The position numbers and the translations under genes were made by a program. This document shows, piece by piece, positions 52,801-64,000 of a stretch of 64,000 nt of DNA. This DNA is from Antedon mediterranea. Taxonomy: Eukaryota; Animalia; Echinodermata. The notes under the pieces were generated by a model. That model was not told where the DNA came from. It worked only from the letters and a program-made list of their open reading frames with translations, and ran no database searches. The DNA lies in assembly GCF_964355755.1 (NCBI RefSeq), contig NC_092679.1, positions 12,879,432-12,943,431 of the forward strand. The letters run 5' to 3'. Positions within the stretch are counted from its first letter, which is position 1; every line of letters starts with the position of its first letter.

Positions 52801-55800
52801 TTCTGAATGCATACAAATCATATGATATATTATATACAATTTTTTCTTATCAATTCAATTTATTTTAGGTAGGAAAAATGATGGGATATTAAGTAGTTCA
52901 CCTGACAATTCACCTCATTTCCTCTTCGCAATTGCACAGTGCGCTTGAAAGAAGACTTGACGCTTTCTTCCTCCGTTAAGTTTGCTTCTAAATCCGTTGT
53001 TACAGACTCCTTCTCCAAATCTTTATAGTAATCTTTCTCGTCATTTTCAAGGTCAAGTCCATCATCCGAGTCATCAGAATCATAGTCTAATATACCTAAA
53101 AATTACAAGTAGGCTTAAATGATAAGTCAACGCTGATCTGTGATATTTTACTAGAAATAATAACTAGTCGCAAATCACTGCAACAAGTAAACAATTTTAT
53201 CAGATTTCATGTGAAGTGTTTCAGAGCTGTGTAGATCAAAAGATTAAAATTTCAAACAATTTGGTAAAAAGTTTAACATTTAAAGCAGAACAAATGTAAA
53301 CATACATCAGAAAAGACAGTAATATCTCAGGACAGCATATATATCAGGATCCTATATAGTAAGTATAGAGTCCCCCTCGAGAGAGAGAGGGTAATACATT
53401 ACAAAATGAAGAACATTATTATACATTAATAAGAGCCAAAGATGTGCAGGCCTATATGCCTTATGCTCTAAAAACAGCCTTTCTCTCCAACAGATTATTG
53501 TCATCCTTTCTTTTTGTACCGTCGTTAAACACAGTGCAACGACAAGAACTGACAAGAATCTAACTGAATTCCAGTGACAAGCTAAAGAAACTAGTAGAGG
53601 GTTTTATTATTATTTATTCGTGATTATTTGATGTTGCCCTTGTCTTCTTTACCTTCACGTTATAGAATTTTAACTTTGATATGTTGTCTCGTCCGCATAA
53701 CTAAACATACCGATAGACAGTATACAAGGGATTCAAATGATACGGATCCTAGCTACGTTAGCGGAATTACTGCTAGGCAATGGCTGTGTGTTTGCTACCT
53801 AAACAGGAGTGTGTATCAATCACCCGTAAAGTGCAGTACGTGTAGTCAAGACAGACCTGTGCAATAAATGCATACGTTGGACCTGGCAAAATCTGCGCCA
53901 CTTCCACATCCTGTGGGATGTACAATATCTGATGTCGCACCTGAGATGGCTTCCGCAGAGTCTCAGATCCACCACCTCAAAGGCAAAGGAGTCGTTTCTC
54001 GCAAGATGCTCTGTGTAACATCTATATCAGGCTACTGTCATTCTTGGCCGACCCTGATAACCCAAAAAAAGAACAATTCTGAGGTCATTACACTTTTACA
54101 GCAGATCACAGGTCTTATTGCTGATCAGCAGTCTTTTATCTCTGCAATTGGCCGACATTTCTCCAGCTATCATCTTAGGTTCACTACGCCTTAATTGTTC
54201 GGCGCCAAGGACTTCTTCTCAGAAGGAAGCGACTCATACTGAACTTCAAGAGTCTAAATAAGCGATTCATTAGGACATACTGTCCTGACAGACCTTATGT
54301 CAGCCTCATTTCCCTGCTTCGAAAATTAAGTGTGGAACAAGTCGACAAGTGGTGTGCCGTCTCGGGACATGAGTCAACCCTCTTTCTACTGTTTATAAGT
54401 GCTGTTACCTGGATAAACAGCCCTCCCTACTAGACAAGCATCTCATGAATATGTATAACCGCAGTGTATTTCTCTTATAAAATCTTTAGTTAAAAATAAA
54501 AATTCTAATGACAAAATAATAATAAAGAATTTCTATGAAATCCAATTAATATTTAAAGAGAATAAACGAGACCAGATGATGAACTATGCTATGAATTTCC
54601 GACTCATAAAGTAAATGAGGTATTGCTTGTTAAATTTAATGTTAAAAATATAACACATGCTTTCTATGTGTAACTGTCAGAGCAAATAAAACTGTTCATC
54701 ATAAGCTAGAAAAATCAACTAGCACACTGTAATAAAACACAAGCTGTAAAATGACATGACATTCAATAGCAATGATGAACAGATCTATTTACATACATGC
54801 AAATATCCGGGAAATATATATTTATATAAGAGAGTGTTTGAAAGTTTCTTTTTTTAAAGTCCACACATCCATATACATAACATGGGTTATCAAATAACTG
54901 GAATTGTACTGGGAAGGTTTTAAACTACATTTAAAAACGATCTGATATTTTGGATCCAATATGGCAGTCGAAATGGCTGTGACAAAATGATATAAAAACA
55001 TTTCACTTGATATATCTTAATTTTCAAAGGGAAAAACCCGGAACCGGACAGAAGTCCATTATCTGGTAACTTTGACGATTTCAAGACATGTTTATACCTA
55101 ATTATAGTTTAATTACTTTGTATGTTTTATAATTTGTATAGAATAAATAAAGAGTTATTGGAGTTTAGAATTACAAGGCATAATACTTTTAATTGAAAAA
55201 GAAACTAAATGAATGTTTATGAGTACAGTGTGATGGTACAAATAATTTCAAGAGGTAAAAGATGAAAAATCATATTTGAACATGAAATTATTTGTACCAT
55301 AGCACAATCGTCCAATCAAATGAGAAGAATTTAGGTATTATATAAAACACAATATAGTAGATAATATACTAAGTAGAATTATATTTACATCACAGGCACA
55401 GAATAAATTCTAAACCGCCCGGTGATAATGGAATTGAAATGTAATTAATTTGAAACGTTAAGATGCAGGAAATCTATGAGAATGAGAAAAAGCCGCCCCA
55501 ACCAAGATTCAAACACGGAACCTTCTAACCATTAGACCACTGTTGCTATGGTATGGTTCAAACTTGATTGGATACCGACTCTTTAACATTCTCGGCGTGG
55601 TACGGTGGAGCAGCACTAGTCCCTCAATTGTATGCATGCACAACAGAGATCAAATTGATACAAATTTCTATATAGATAGAAATATACACTATTTGTATAT
55701 ATATATTTTTTTGTCTTACATGGGTTCATCCCACTTTTATTTCCATAAATACATATATATATATTGTACAGTACATTTCTATTGTACATCACTTTATATG

Positions 55801-58800
55801 TTCTGACCCATTGTGTTTTTAAATTACGTTCACATATTTTAGCTTATATACTTATGTATATATATTTTTGATTCAAATTCAATAATACATAAATTTGGCA
55901 GCTAGCCAAAAAATGCATTAGATATGAGTACATGTGTTATTATAGAAGTGTATGATTTGTAATATTTCAAAAGAGCAAAAGAATTGAATATTCAAAGACA
56001 GCTTACATTATGGCTCTTTAAGTGGATACATATATCAAAATGAAATAAACATTTGTCACAACTGGTCAGGATACATTCACTTATCTATTTTTTATAGTAT
56101 TCGTTAATTGATTGGATTGTCCATACATTTGAAGTTACGACAAAATCCCACTTTGACTTGCAATCACATTTACATCAGAATTAGTAACAGTTCAATTTAA
56201 AGATAGTCTACAGAAATAAGCAAAACAAAATCTGAAAAATATATTATATACAAATAATATTGTGAGTGCAATGGTACAAATAATTTCATGAGGTTAAAAT
56301 ATAACAATTTTTTACAACCTAGCCTCTTGTCACATTATTATTATTATTATATCAAAATTTATAAAGCGTCAATTCAAAGACCGAGGTACAAAATCAAAGG
56401 CGCTGGGCATGTTAGTGGTCGAAAAAATGAGCAATTTTTTAAATACGGCAACAGAAGAGCAGTGTTTAATTTGTGGGAGGAGTGAATTCCAGAGTGTGGG
56501 TGCAGCAAAAGAAAATGATCTATGACCAAAGGTTTTAGTGGCTATGCGTGGAACAGAGAATAAAAAATCATCAGATGATCTAAGAGTCCGTCCAGGAACA
56601 TAAAAGGTGATTAATTGACGGATGTAAGCAGGTTGGTTGAAAAGAAGTGTTTGATTGTATAACACTGCACTCTCGAGGAGCATCTAATATTTAATATCAT
56701 GTGACCCACAATATTTAAAGAAATGACAAGAATCTACTATTAAAGTTGTATTATAAAATATAATAATCATCATCTGTACATTCATTGAATGTTTGATGTT
56801 ATAAAATCATTATCAACAATTTCATTGTTTGTAGCCTATCCATAATTGTATTATTATTATTAAAGCAACATTCCCAACGTATTTTCCATCTAATTTCACA
56901 AAATGCATTTTATGCAAATTTAAATACTATATGGGCTTATATTGTGATAAAGATTTTTGTCTTTAAATGGTAAAAAGTCGATTTTAATAATTTAAGCGGC
57001 CCGCTATAAATATCAGCATTCATTGTGAGCAGATTGATTTCTCGATGAGAGGACGTACAACGTGAGCTATTTAGGTAGTGCATTATTTTTCTCTTTTTAT
57101 CATAATTACCATGAAACGTACATTTAAGACAAGGTTTAATGTTTTTAAAGTAATTTATATTGCATTATGTTTACAAAACGTCAACAATTGTAGGGAAAGT
57201 GTCTTTATTGCAACACTATAGAAGTACTGTATAGTGCATTATGATAGCCTCAAAGCGCTTAACAATAAATAAAATTATGAAAATTACAGGTCAAAAAGGT
57301 CATCAACATCATTTTTTTTCTATTACTATCAATAATCATCCATTAACAAAACTTAAAGATTATCCATAAAATAGTTATATTCAAATAAAGACTCATTATT
57401 CACTCTTTTAAACAGAGGTAATTGCACAATTATTAACAGGCTTCCTTCACGATACAGTAGGCCGAATATCTTTATATCTAGGGACATTTATTTATTAGTG
57501 AAATACAGTAATATATTATTATAAGTAACTTGGATTGAAATAAAGAAATGTTACGGATTTATGTATTTATAGATTTACTGTTATTGCTAATAATACGTTC
57601 CCTAGGTCCTCATTCCCTCTACTGCAGGAGAATTTGTAGTGTCTTTAATATTCAGGTGGAATCCGAAAACAAAGGTAATGCTATTGTGGATATACACAAT
57701 ATCAATGAGAAGAACTGAAAGTCATAAGATTGAAAGTAATAAGAATGAAAGACAAAAGATTGAATAAATAAATTGAAAGTCTTAAATTGAAAGTCACGAG
57801 ATTGAAAGACATAACAGTGAAAGCCATATGAAAACATAATTTTTGGGCAGGATTTCACTTCACAGCATTTAATCACATGCTCAAACATGTTTTTATTTCT
57901 TGAAAACAAATACTTTATTTATTTATTTATTATTGGGCCGAATTTTGAACATGTGCGGCTGACAAGAACCATATAATATATTTTCCATGGCCTTAAAAAG
58001 TAGTACATATAGTACACTCGATCATGTCATTAACTATGTAGAATCTTTAATGAAGGATTCATGACAAGAAATCGTACGTAAATTGCAGCAAGCTGTAGAA
58101 ACTATGAAAGAATGCACCAATTAAACATGTTTGTTTATAGTTTATTCATGCAGAAAGAGCAATTTGACACGCCATAAAGTCAGTTTTTGAACGTAGGTGT
58201 TTGGCATCCTTAAGATATGAATTATTCATTGATATTAAAAGTGCAAAAAGGTTTGTTGATAAACATGCATACATATTTAATTATAGAATATACACAATCA
58301 ACTAAATTTTTAATTAGATTGCGTATACTTAATTTCTGCGTTAGGATAAAATTTAAATATGATTTCTTATATATAATACTGTTCAAAGTTTGTATTTTCT
58401 TTACTGTCTCCATAAATAATACATAAAGTAAAATAAATTAATGGCTCTAAAAACAGGACCATAATTATGTAAAACAGTTGCAATATCAATACCTGATTTG
58501 TTTTTATCCTGTATAAATATGATTTCAAATAAAAATACATAAAGAGCCAGCATGCTTTGTGATGCTGGAGTCTGTTATATGTATCGACAGGTACCGTTTC
58601 AACAGCCGAACGTAACCAGAGAAGTTACTTTCAAATAATAAAGAATTTACAGCCCACACCGAATAATTTCCAAATTTGCAGTACATACCAATATTTAACA
58701 TATATGTGCCTATAGGATACCGTGAAACACCCTGAAACATGGAGATATCCTTGTTTCGCAGTCAAGCGTTGTGTTTGTATAGTGTACTACTAGCAATTAT

Positions 58801-60363
58801 GAAGAAAATGCCTACAGCCAGATAATTACCAAAATCACAAAAGTAGGATAATTAAAGTTTAAAAATCAAAATAAATTCTTTAGTTAGATATTAAAATCTT
58901 GGTAAATAAATAAATAAATCTCTATTGATATGGTTAAAGATGAAAGAAATTTCTAAAACCTAAAATACTTTAAAAAAATATAATAATGCTTTGAGAGAAT
59001 TTGTGTAGTTATTGCACACATTCACAGATGGGGTATTGTGGGAAGGTTTTAAACTAAATTTGAAGGGGTGGGGGTTGAAGATGAGTAACTGCCTTGGGAG
59101 GTTATTTACTTTAAGTTTATTTTAGGTTTGTATTCAATAACTAAGGAATAAGTATATTTTCAACAACAACAAAAGAAGAGGTTATATAGCAACATTTTAA
59201 AAAGTGTCAAAAAGATTTTTATGGAAATAAAAAATGTTTAACACTTAAAAATGGTATCTGGAATATTGCCTTCATTCAAAAGCAATCATGCAAACAGCTT
59301 TCCTTTACATGTGCTAATCTGATCACTACATTTATAATTTTTTTCAAAGATTTGAGGAGTACTTTATTTTGTTCATAATAATAAAAATTAGAAATCTTAC
59401 TGAGTGTTGATATATCAAGTTTGTCTTCTGGAATATCTAAATCCAAGTCACACACTTTTTCTTTTCTGTCGTCTGCTTCATAATTTTTCTTTAATTTCTT
59501 CTTTCTGAATGTGGATAAAAGACTCGAACTCATAACAAGAATGATGACACTTACCATTTCAAGAATTTATTTCATTTTCTAGGAAACCAAAGTAAATTAT
59601 TCCTATTTTTTAATGTTTCTGTTTTTTTGCTGTATCGTTTTTTAAATTGTAGAGTAACATGGGCTGATCAAAAAGGGCACAGAATTCATGCCGAAGTCTG
59701 GGGCCTGGTTTGTGTATTATAATATAGTGTACTTTGAGTAATCTGAGGTGGAAGGTGGTTGACACAGATATTTCACAAACAATATGAAAATTGCATTTAA
59801 TAACTCTCCATGTTCTAAAAATAAGAAAATGGCTACCAACAGAGGTTGGTTGGTTTGTGAGATGAAATACCTTAATACATCAGAAATACAGCCATCTTGT
59901 GTTAGCTCCTCTATCAGTACTGTTCGTTCATACTGCAGATGCTCTACCTGCTCGCATAGTTGTTGTGTGGTGGCACTGTTTTCTTGAACTTTCGATATTG
60001 CTTTTTTCATTTCACTCTAAAAAATTTTCAAATTGTAACACCATCTTTTAAATCATCAATTTACATAAATAAACAGAAGATAAATATACAAATAAAAAAA
60101 GGTAATTAAAAATTACTATGACGACTAGTTATTTCCTTATTATAATAAAAAAAACCAATATGGATTGAGCAAATCTTTTTAAAATATTAAAAAATAAATT
60201 TCTGTTATAGGCATACCTTGATTTCTTTTATAGCACTAGTGAGCTCTGCTAATTGACTGTTAACATCTTCTTTGTGCTCCTTTACTTGATCATGGAGGGC
60301 TATATCTTCACTTTGAATCACTGATAACTCTTGCATTGCACTCACAAATCCATCTTTCATTTC
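43802..60363 (-). CDS. ARHGEF33: Rho guanine nucleotide exchange factor 33-like (coiled coil plus DH domain); 5' exon(s) not identified
   Basis: In-frame exons: 60363-60217 (EMKDGFVSAMQELSVIQ, like the remembered ARHGEF33 ELKTGFTEAMQELSRIQ), 60016-59871, 59504-59401, 53095-52902, 52153-52072, 51678-51549 (RQTLARQFLESERRYV), 51115-50977 (MFPTEL...WKWQGMMGDI), 50348-50241, 48323-48228 (LLSPVQRIPQY), 47430-47279 (DHPDY), 44945-43802 (low-complexity tail). Confidence 0.85.
45166..46492. mobile_element. Tc1/mariner (pogo/Tigger-like) non-autonomous element with TA TSD
   Basis: TA|cagtcaactctcccaataccggac...gtccggtattgggagagttgactg|TA, a perfect 24-bp TIR. Confidence 0.92.
48365..49299. mobile_element. 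Non-autonomous element with a long terminal palindrome (possibly Crypton-type)
   Basis: A hairpin of about 186 bp at 48365-48550, then a body bounded by tattatatagcc (48552) and ggctatgtaata (49288-49299). Confidence 0.55.
50498..50608. mobile_element. Very short TA-target MITE
   Basis: TA|ccgtaaaacct...aggttttacgg|TA. Confidence 0.7.
56333..56690 (-). mobile_element. L2-type LINE 3' fragment
   Basis: YVPGRTLRSS...FSVPRIATKTFGHRSFSFAAPTLWNSL, followed by an (AAT)n tail. Confidence 0.85.
56863..57204 (+). mobile_element. Internally deleted Kolobok-type MITE
   Basis: TTAA|agcaacattcccaac...tagggaaagtgtct|TTAT. Shares gcggcccgctataaat and ttaggtagtgcatt with the family. Confidence 0.7.
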
Positions 60364-63300
60364 CTGAACTAAATATGTCAGCTACAAAAAAACATAAAAT
60401 TGTGTTTATAGATGTATTTATTTATACTTATATCAATACAGTCAACTTATATCAATACAGTCATACCCTCAATTACATAATTATAGCACAGGCATTTTTC
60501 AAATTATTTATAAATTGAGGAAGGGTTAGTGCTCTGCAATTTCTTTCTGGCTGTTTGGCTATTTAATACATAACTGAAAGTTGTAAGTTTCATTACTGAA
60601 AATTTAAAAAAACTATTTTATACATCGTGAAATCATAAGAAAATAGCAATTTATCGCATTTTCTTTCAATAATATCTCAAATGTTATTATATAATATATT
60701 AAACTCATTGTTTAAGCAATTAACAAATCATATTAATTCCAATATCGATAAGCCTAACCTTTAAAACTACTGTCATCCCCATTATATAAAAGGCATTGTT
60801 GCTTAGATCAGACGAGGGGGAGGTGATTGAATGTGCTTTTGGAGCCAAGATGCCATGTACTCGATAAAAAAATACAATAGTTTTACGTTCTATGTCATGA
60901 TGCATTGGATTATCAATTTTTCTGCAGATGTCTGCCATTTTTTTTATCAATTAGCATTTTTTATCTAAAGTATAGGCGTAGTATAAAAATGAAGGCAACT
61001 CAGTCCATGTGACCTGAGTTCAAAGTCAAATGTTATTTCTTACTATGACGTAATTTGTACTAAATGCTCAGTGCGCGAACGCATTTGTAATTTGAAAGTA
61101 TTTCTCTGTGTTTGGGAGATATGACCGACAGGCTAGTTCACAAAGTATTGTCAAATGTGCTAAAAATGTTGTACAATACGTCACAGATGCGAAAAACATC
61201 TGACTTAATACAGTAGCTCCCTGACAAAAGTTATAATAATATCACTTCTAATGTACTTTCGGTAAAAATTAATGTTCAATGTAAATTTGGCCAAAGAAGT
61301 GTGTTGTACATGTACACAAAGCATGTGCAATAGTGTGGTCATTTAATTTAAGGTTGTTTTTGCATCTGTGATTGTAAAATGTACTGTATGTAATCCAGAA
61401 ACGAATTTAATCAAAATATTGGATATCATTTTTTATAGAGCATTATTGTTGTTTCAGGCTATTAGGAGCTTTGCATGATTACCCTGTAATTTAAGCCAAA
61501 TGTCTTCATAGTACAAATTCAGCTTATGCAATATTCTTACAATATATTAATGTACATAAGAACCTAAGGTGGGATGAAATAATGTGGATACCATAATATG
61601 GCCATTATTCTTATTCAGTAGGCTTTATAATAAAGTTTAATAAATAAATAAAATAAAATAAAAATGTGCGTGGTGTACCCGACCAAAGCATGAATAGTCC
61701 CTGTGCAGGCAGGTCTGCCCGGTCCTCTCGAGAGTTTGGCCCTGGCGGTATTCGACTGGCTCGGCTTCCTTGCCAGCTTCATGCTAGTTCCAATCTGCTG
61801 TCTCAGAATGAGACCGCTACAGTTAGGCCCTACACCTTCTAGCATTTTACAAGTTCGCAAGATACTCAATTCGCAAAGTGTTTCCGGTGTCACCCTTCGT
61901 TGAGGCTCACAATCATAGCCCACGATTCCCAATTATGTGTATATCAATTTTGCCAACATTCAATTATACTATTAAGTTAATATTAAAACAATTATTATAA
62001 AGCTTGCAATTTTTGTTACACATATATAAAAAAAAGGATTTGAAGTTTACGCATCATATATTTCATAAAATGATGATTGTTGCTATAAATATGAATATTA
62101 TTATTATATATAGCAGTTATGTTGCAGCTGTTATGGATTAGTTATTAATATTCATGAAATATATGACTAGTTTGTTTATTATTTATTGATACCTCACACC
62201 AATTCTGAAATTACATCATTTATCAGTTATCCACCATAAAAGCACAAAATGACTATGATGCCTTATTTGATTGGGGAACTTTTTAACTAGAAAATATTCA
62301 ATCTGTCATTGGTGAGTAATAATATTAAAATATTGAATGTCGTAAAAATAATAAATACAGCATTTTTTTAAAACAAAGGCCAAAATCCTGGGGTGGGCAG
62401 TGATGCTAAACAAGTATTTTTTTTATGTGGCCTTACAGTACTTCAAATTGTGTTTGAACTGAACTTGGTGAATGCGATTTGGTATGAATTGGTTGATGGA
62501 GAGGAAATGAATTGAACATTCTTTCTTACTGTTTAATATGTGTTAGCTTGGTTAAACTATTTCTTATTTTGTCCACTACTATTTCACTTTCTTTTACAAC
62601 ATTTTTAATATCGGCCTATATTGTAATTTTATGATAAAAAATAATCATAATCAAATTTCCAGTTTATAGACAAATATATAATCTTGAAATAGTAGAAAGA
62701 TGTACAACAATATGAGATGCATTTAAAAGTAAGAAATAACTTCAATGGTAGAATTGATCTAATTGAGTATTATATAAGATTGCATACATCTATAAATATA
62801 TGCTTTAAATATTGATGAAGAGTACAAAACAACTATTTCCGTTATTGTATCTAACGCTTGATGTTCAACGTGATCACGCAGATGTCGGGAAATGACATGA
62901 TTTCAGTCATGAACGAGCGCTAATGAGCCAATCAGTCAATTTCTAAGACCGATTCAATTACACACTTTTTATGAAAACGTTATTGATTAATAAACATTAA
63001 CGTTGTATATAAAAATTAGCTATTGTAAATGTGTACAATGGAAATAACATCAAAACAAAAGTAATCTTTTCATTAAAGTTCAAAGCAGTTACCTTTTCTG
63101 TTTTACAAAAATGTGTCATTGTATGTAATTATAACACATGCTACTGCAGTTTTATGGCCAACTTGCATACTAAACACGGGATAATATATTGTCCCAATTT
63201 TGTTGTTGAGTATGCTTTGTTAATGTCATCCAATAGTTATTCACTTTGACAAAAAATTGAATTAAAAAAATATTTACTTTACGTGAAATACAATTTGTTT

Positions 63301-63606
63301 TAGTAATTCAACTGATTATTTATGCTATTTATTAATCATTTTATCAAATTTAGGTGCGATTCAATGTTACTATAGGAGGCCTGTAAGCCTACCAGGGACA
63401 CACCTTTACTGTTTATATTATCGATTATTTCTGTTGCTTGCTCTATTTATAATTATAAATGGTGTCTACTACGACCGATATATAAGTAGGCTACGAAAGT
63501 TGTTTTGATTAGTACTAATTAATCATCAGTCATATGCATAGGTGTCAGCCGGGCTTCAATTTCCAGAGGCGTTGGTCATGTTTTCGAGGATCATTTGAGT
63601 ACACCC

Positions 63607-63645
63607 ACTAGAGGGTGCGGGAGCGAAGCGAGCAAACCCTCTAGT
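63607..63645 (+). mobile_element. Helitron/Helentron-like 3' end
   Basis: Hairpin actagagggt..gagcgaagcgagc..accctctagt ending CTAG|TTTT. The loop motif is shared with the Helitron at 32775. The 5' end was not located. Confidence 0.55.
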
Positions 63646-64000
63646 TTTTTAACTGTGTTTTTTAACTGTGTTTTATATATAAACTAGCAATATATCTCTA
63701 TACTCATCAACTTTAGCCCCTCTTCAACCAATTTAATAGCCTACACCCAGACTCTGGGAATTTTTAAAATGTAGTTTAACCTTCCAGTCATTTTGATACC
63801 CCATATGTATGATTACGTGCAGAAACAGAAATTTGTATAATATTGCTGTGTAACACTGTGAAGTCATCTGAACCTGCAACCACCCATTTACAAGGTGTAC
63901 ATCTTAACAATAGTCCTAAGCCTGTTTTCCTGTCGACGTTGAAATAGGTTGAGTTGCGTTGAGTTTAAAATCGTTAAAGTTGAAAATAAAATAGCGATGA

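Overview
AT-rich, intron-rich animal genomic DNA, probably from a marine invertebrate; the taxon cannot be fixed from the sequence alone. I reconstructed exons by hand from splice sites and reading frame. (1) An intact 7-exon, 759-aa THAP-domain DDE transposase of Kolobok type (4909-8869, +). It uses a GC-AG first intron, has a TTAA|AGG candidate left end, and has no visible right end or KolX partner. (2) A 4-exon secreted fibrinogen-related protein (FReD) gene (15030-24044, +) and a tandem paralogue that keeps only exons 1 and 4 (35363-42206). (3) The 3' part of an ARHGEF33-like RhoGEF gene (coiled coil plus DH, no PH seen) on the minus strand (60363-43802). The rest is a dense, often nested set of transposable elements: TTAA/TCAA Kolobok-type MITEs, TA-target Tc1/mariner MITEs, non-autonomous Helitrons, CACTA-like and foldback-like elements carrying minisatellites, decayed LINEs (Rex/Babar-like, CR1/L2-like, L1-Tx1, L2), a Meta-core tRNA SINE and a chimeric 5S+tRNA SINE. 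No CRISPR arrays or prokaryotic features. Family assignments rest on remembered motifs, not database searches.
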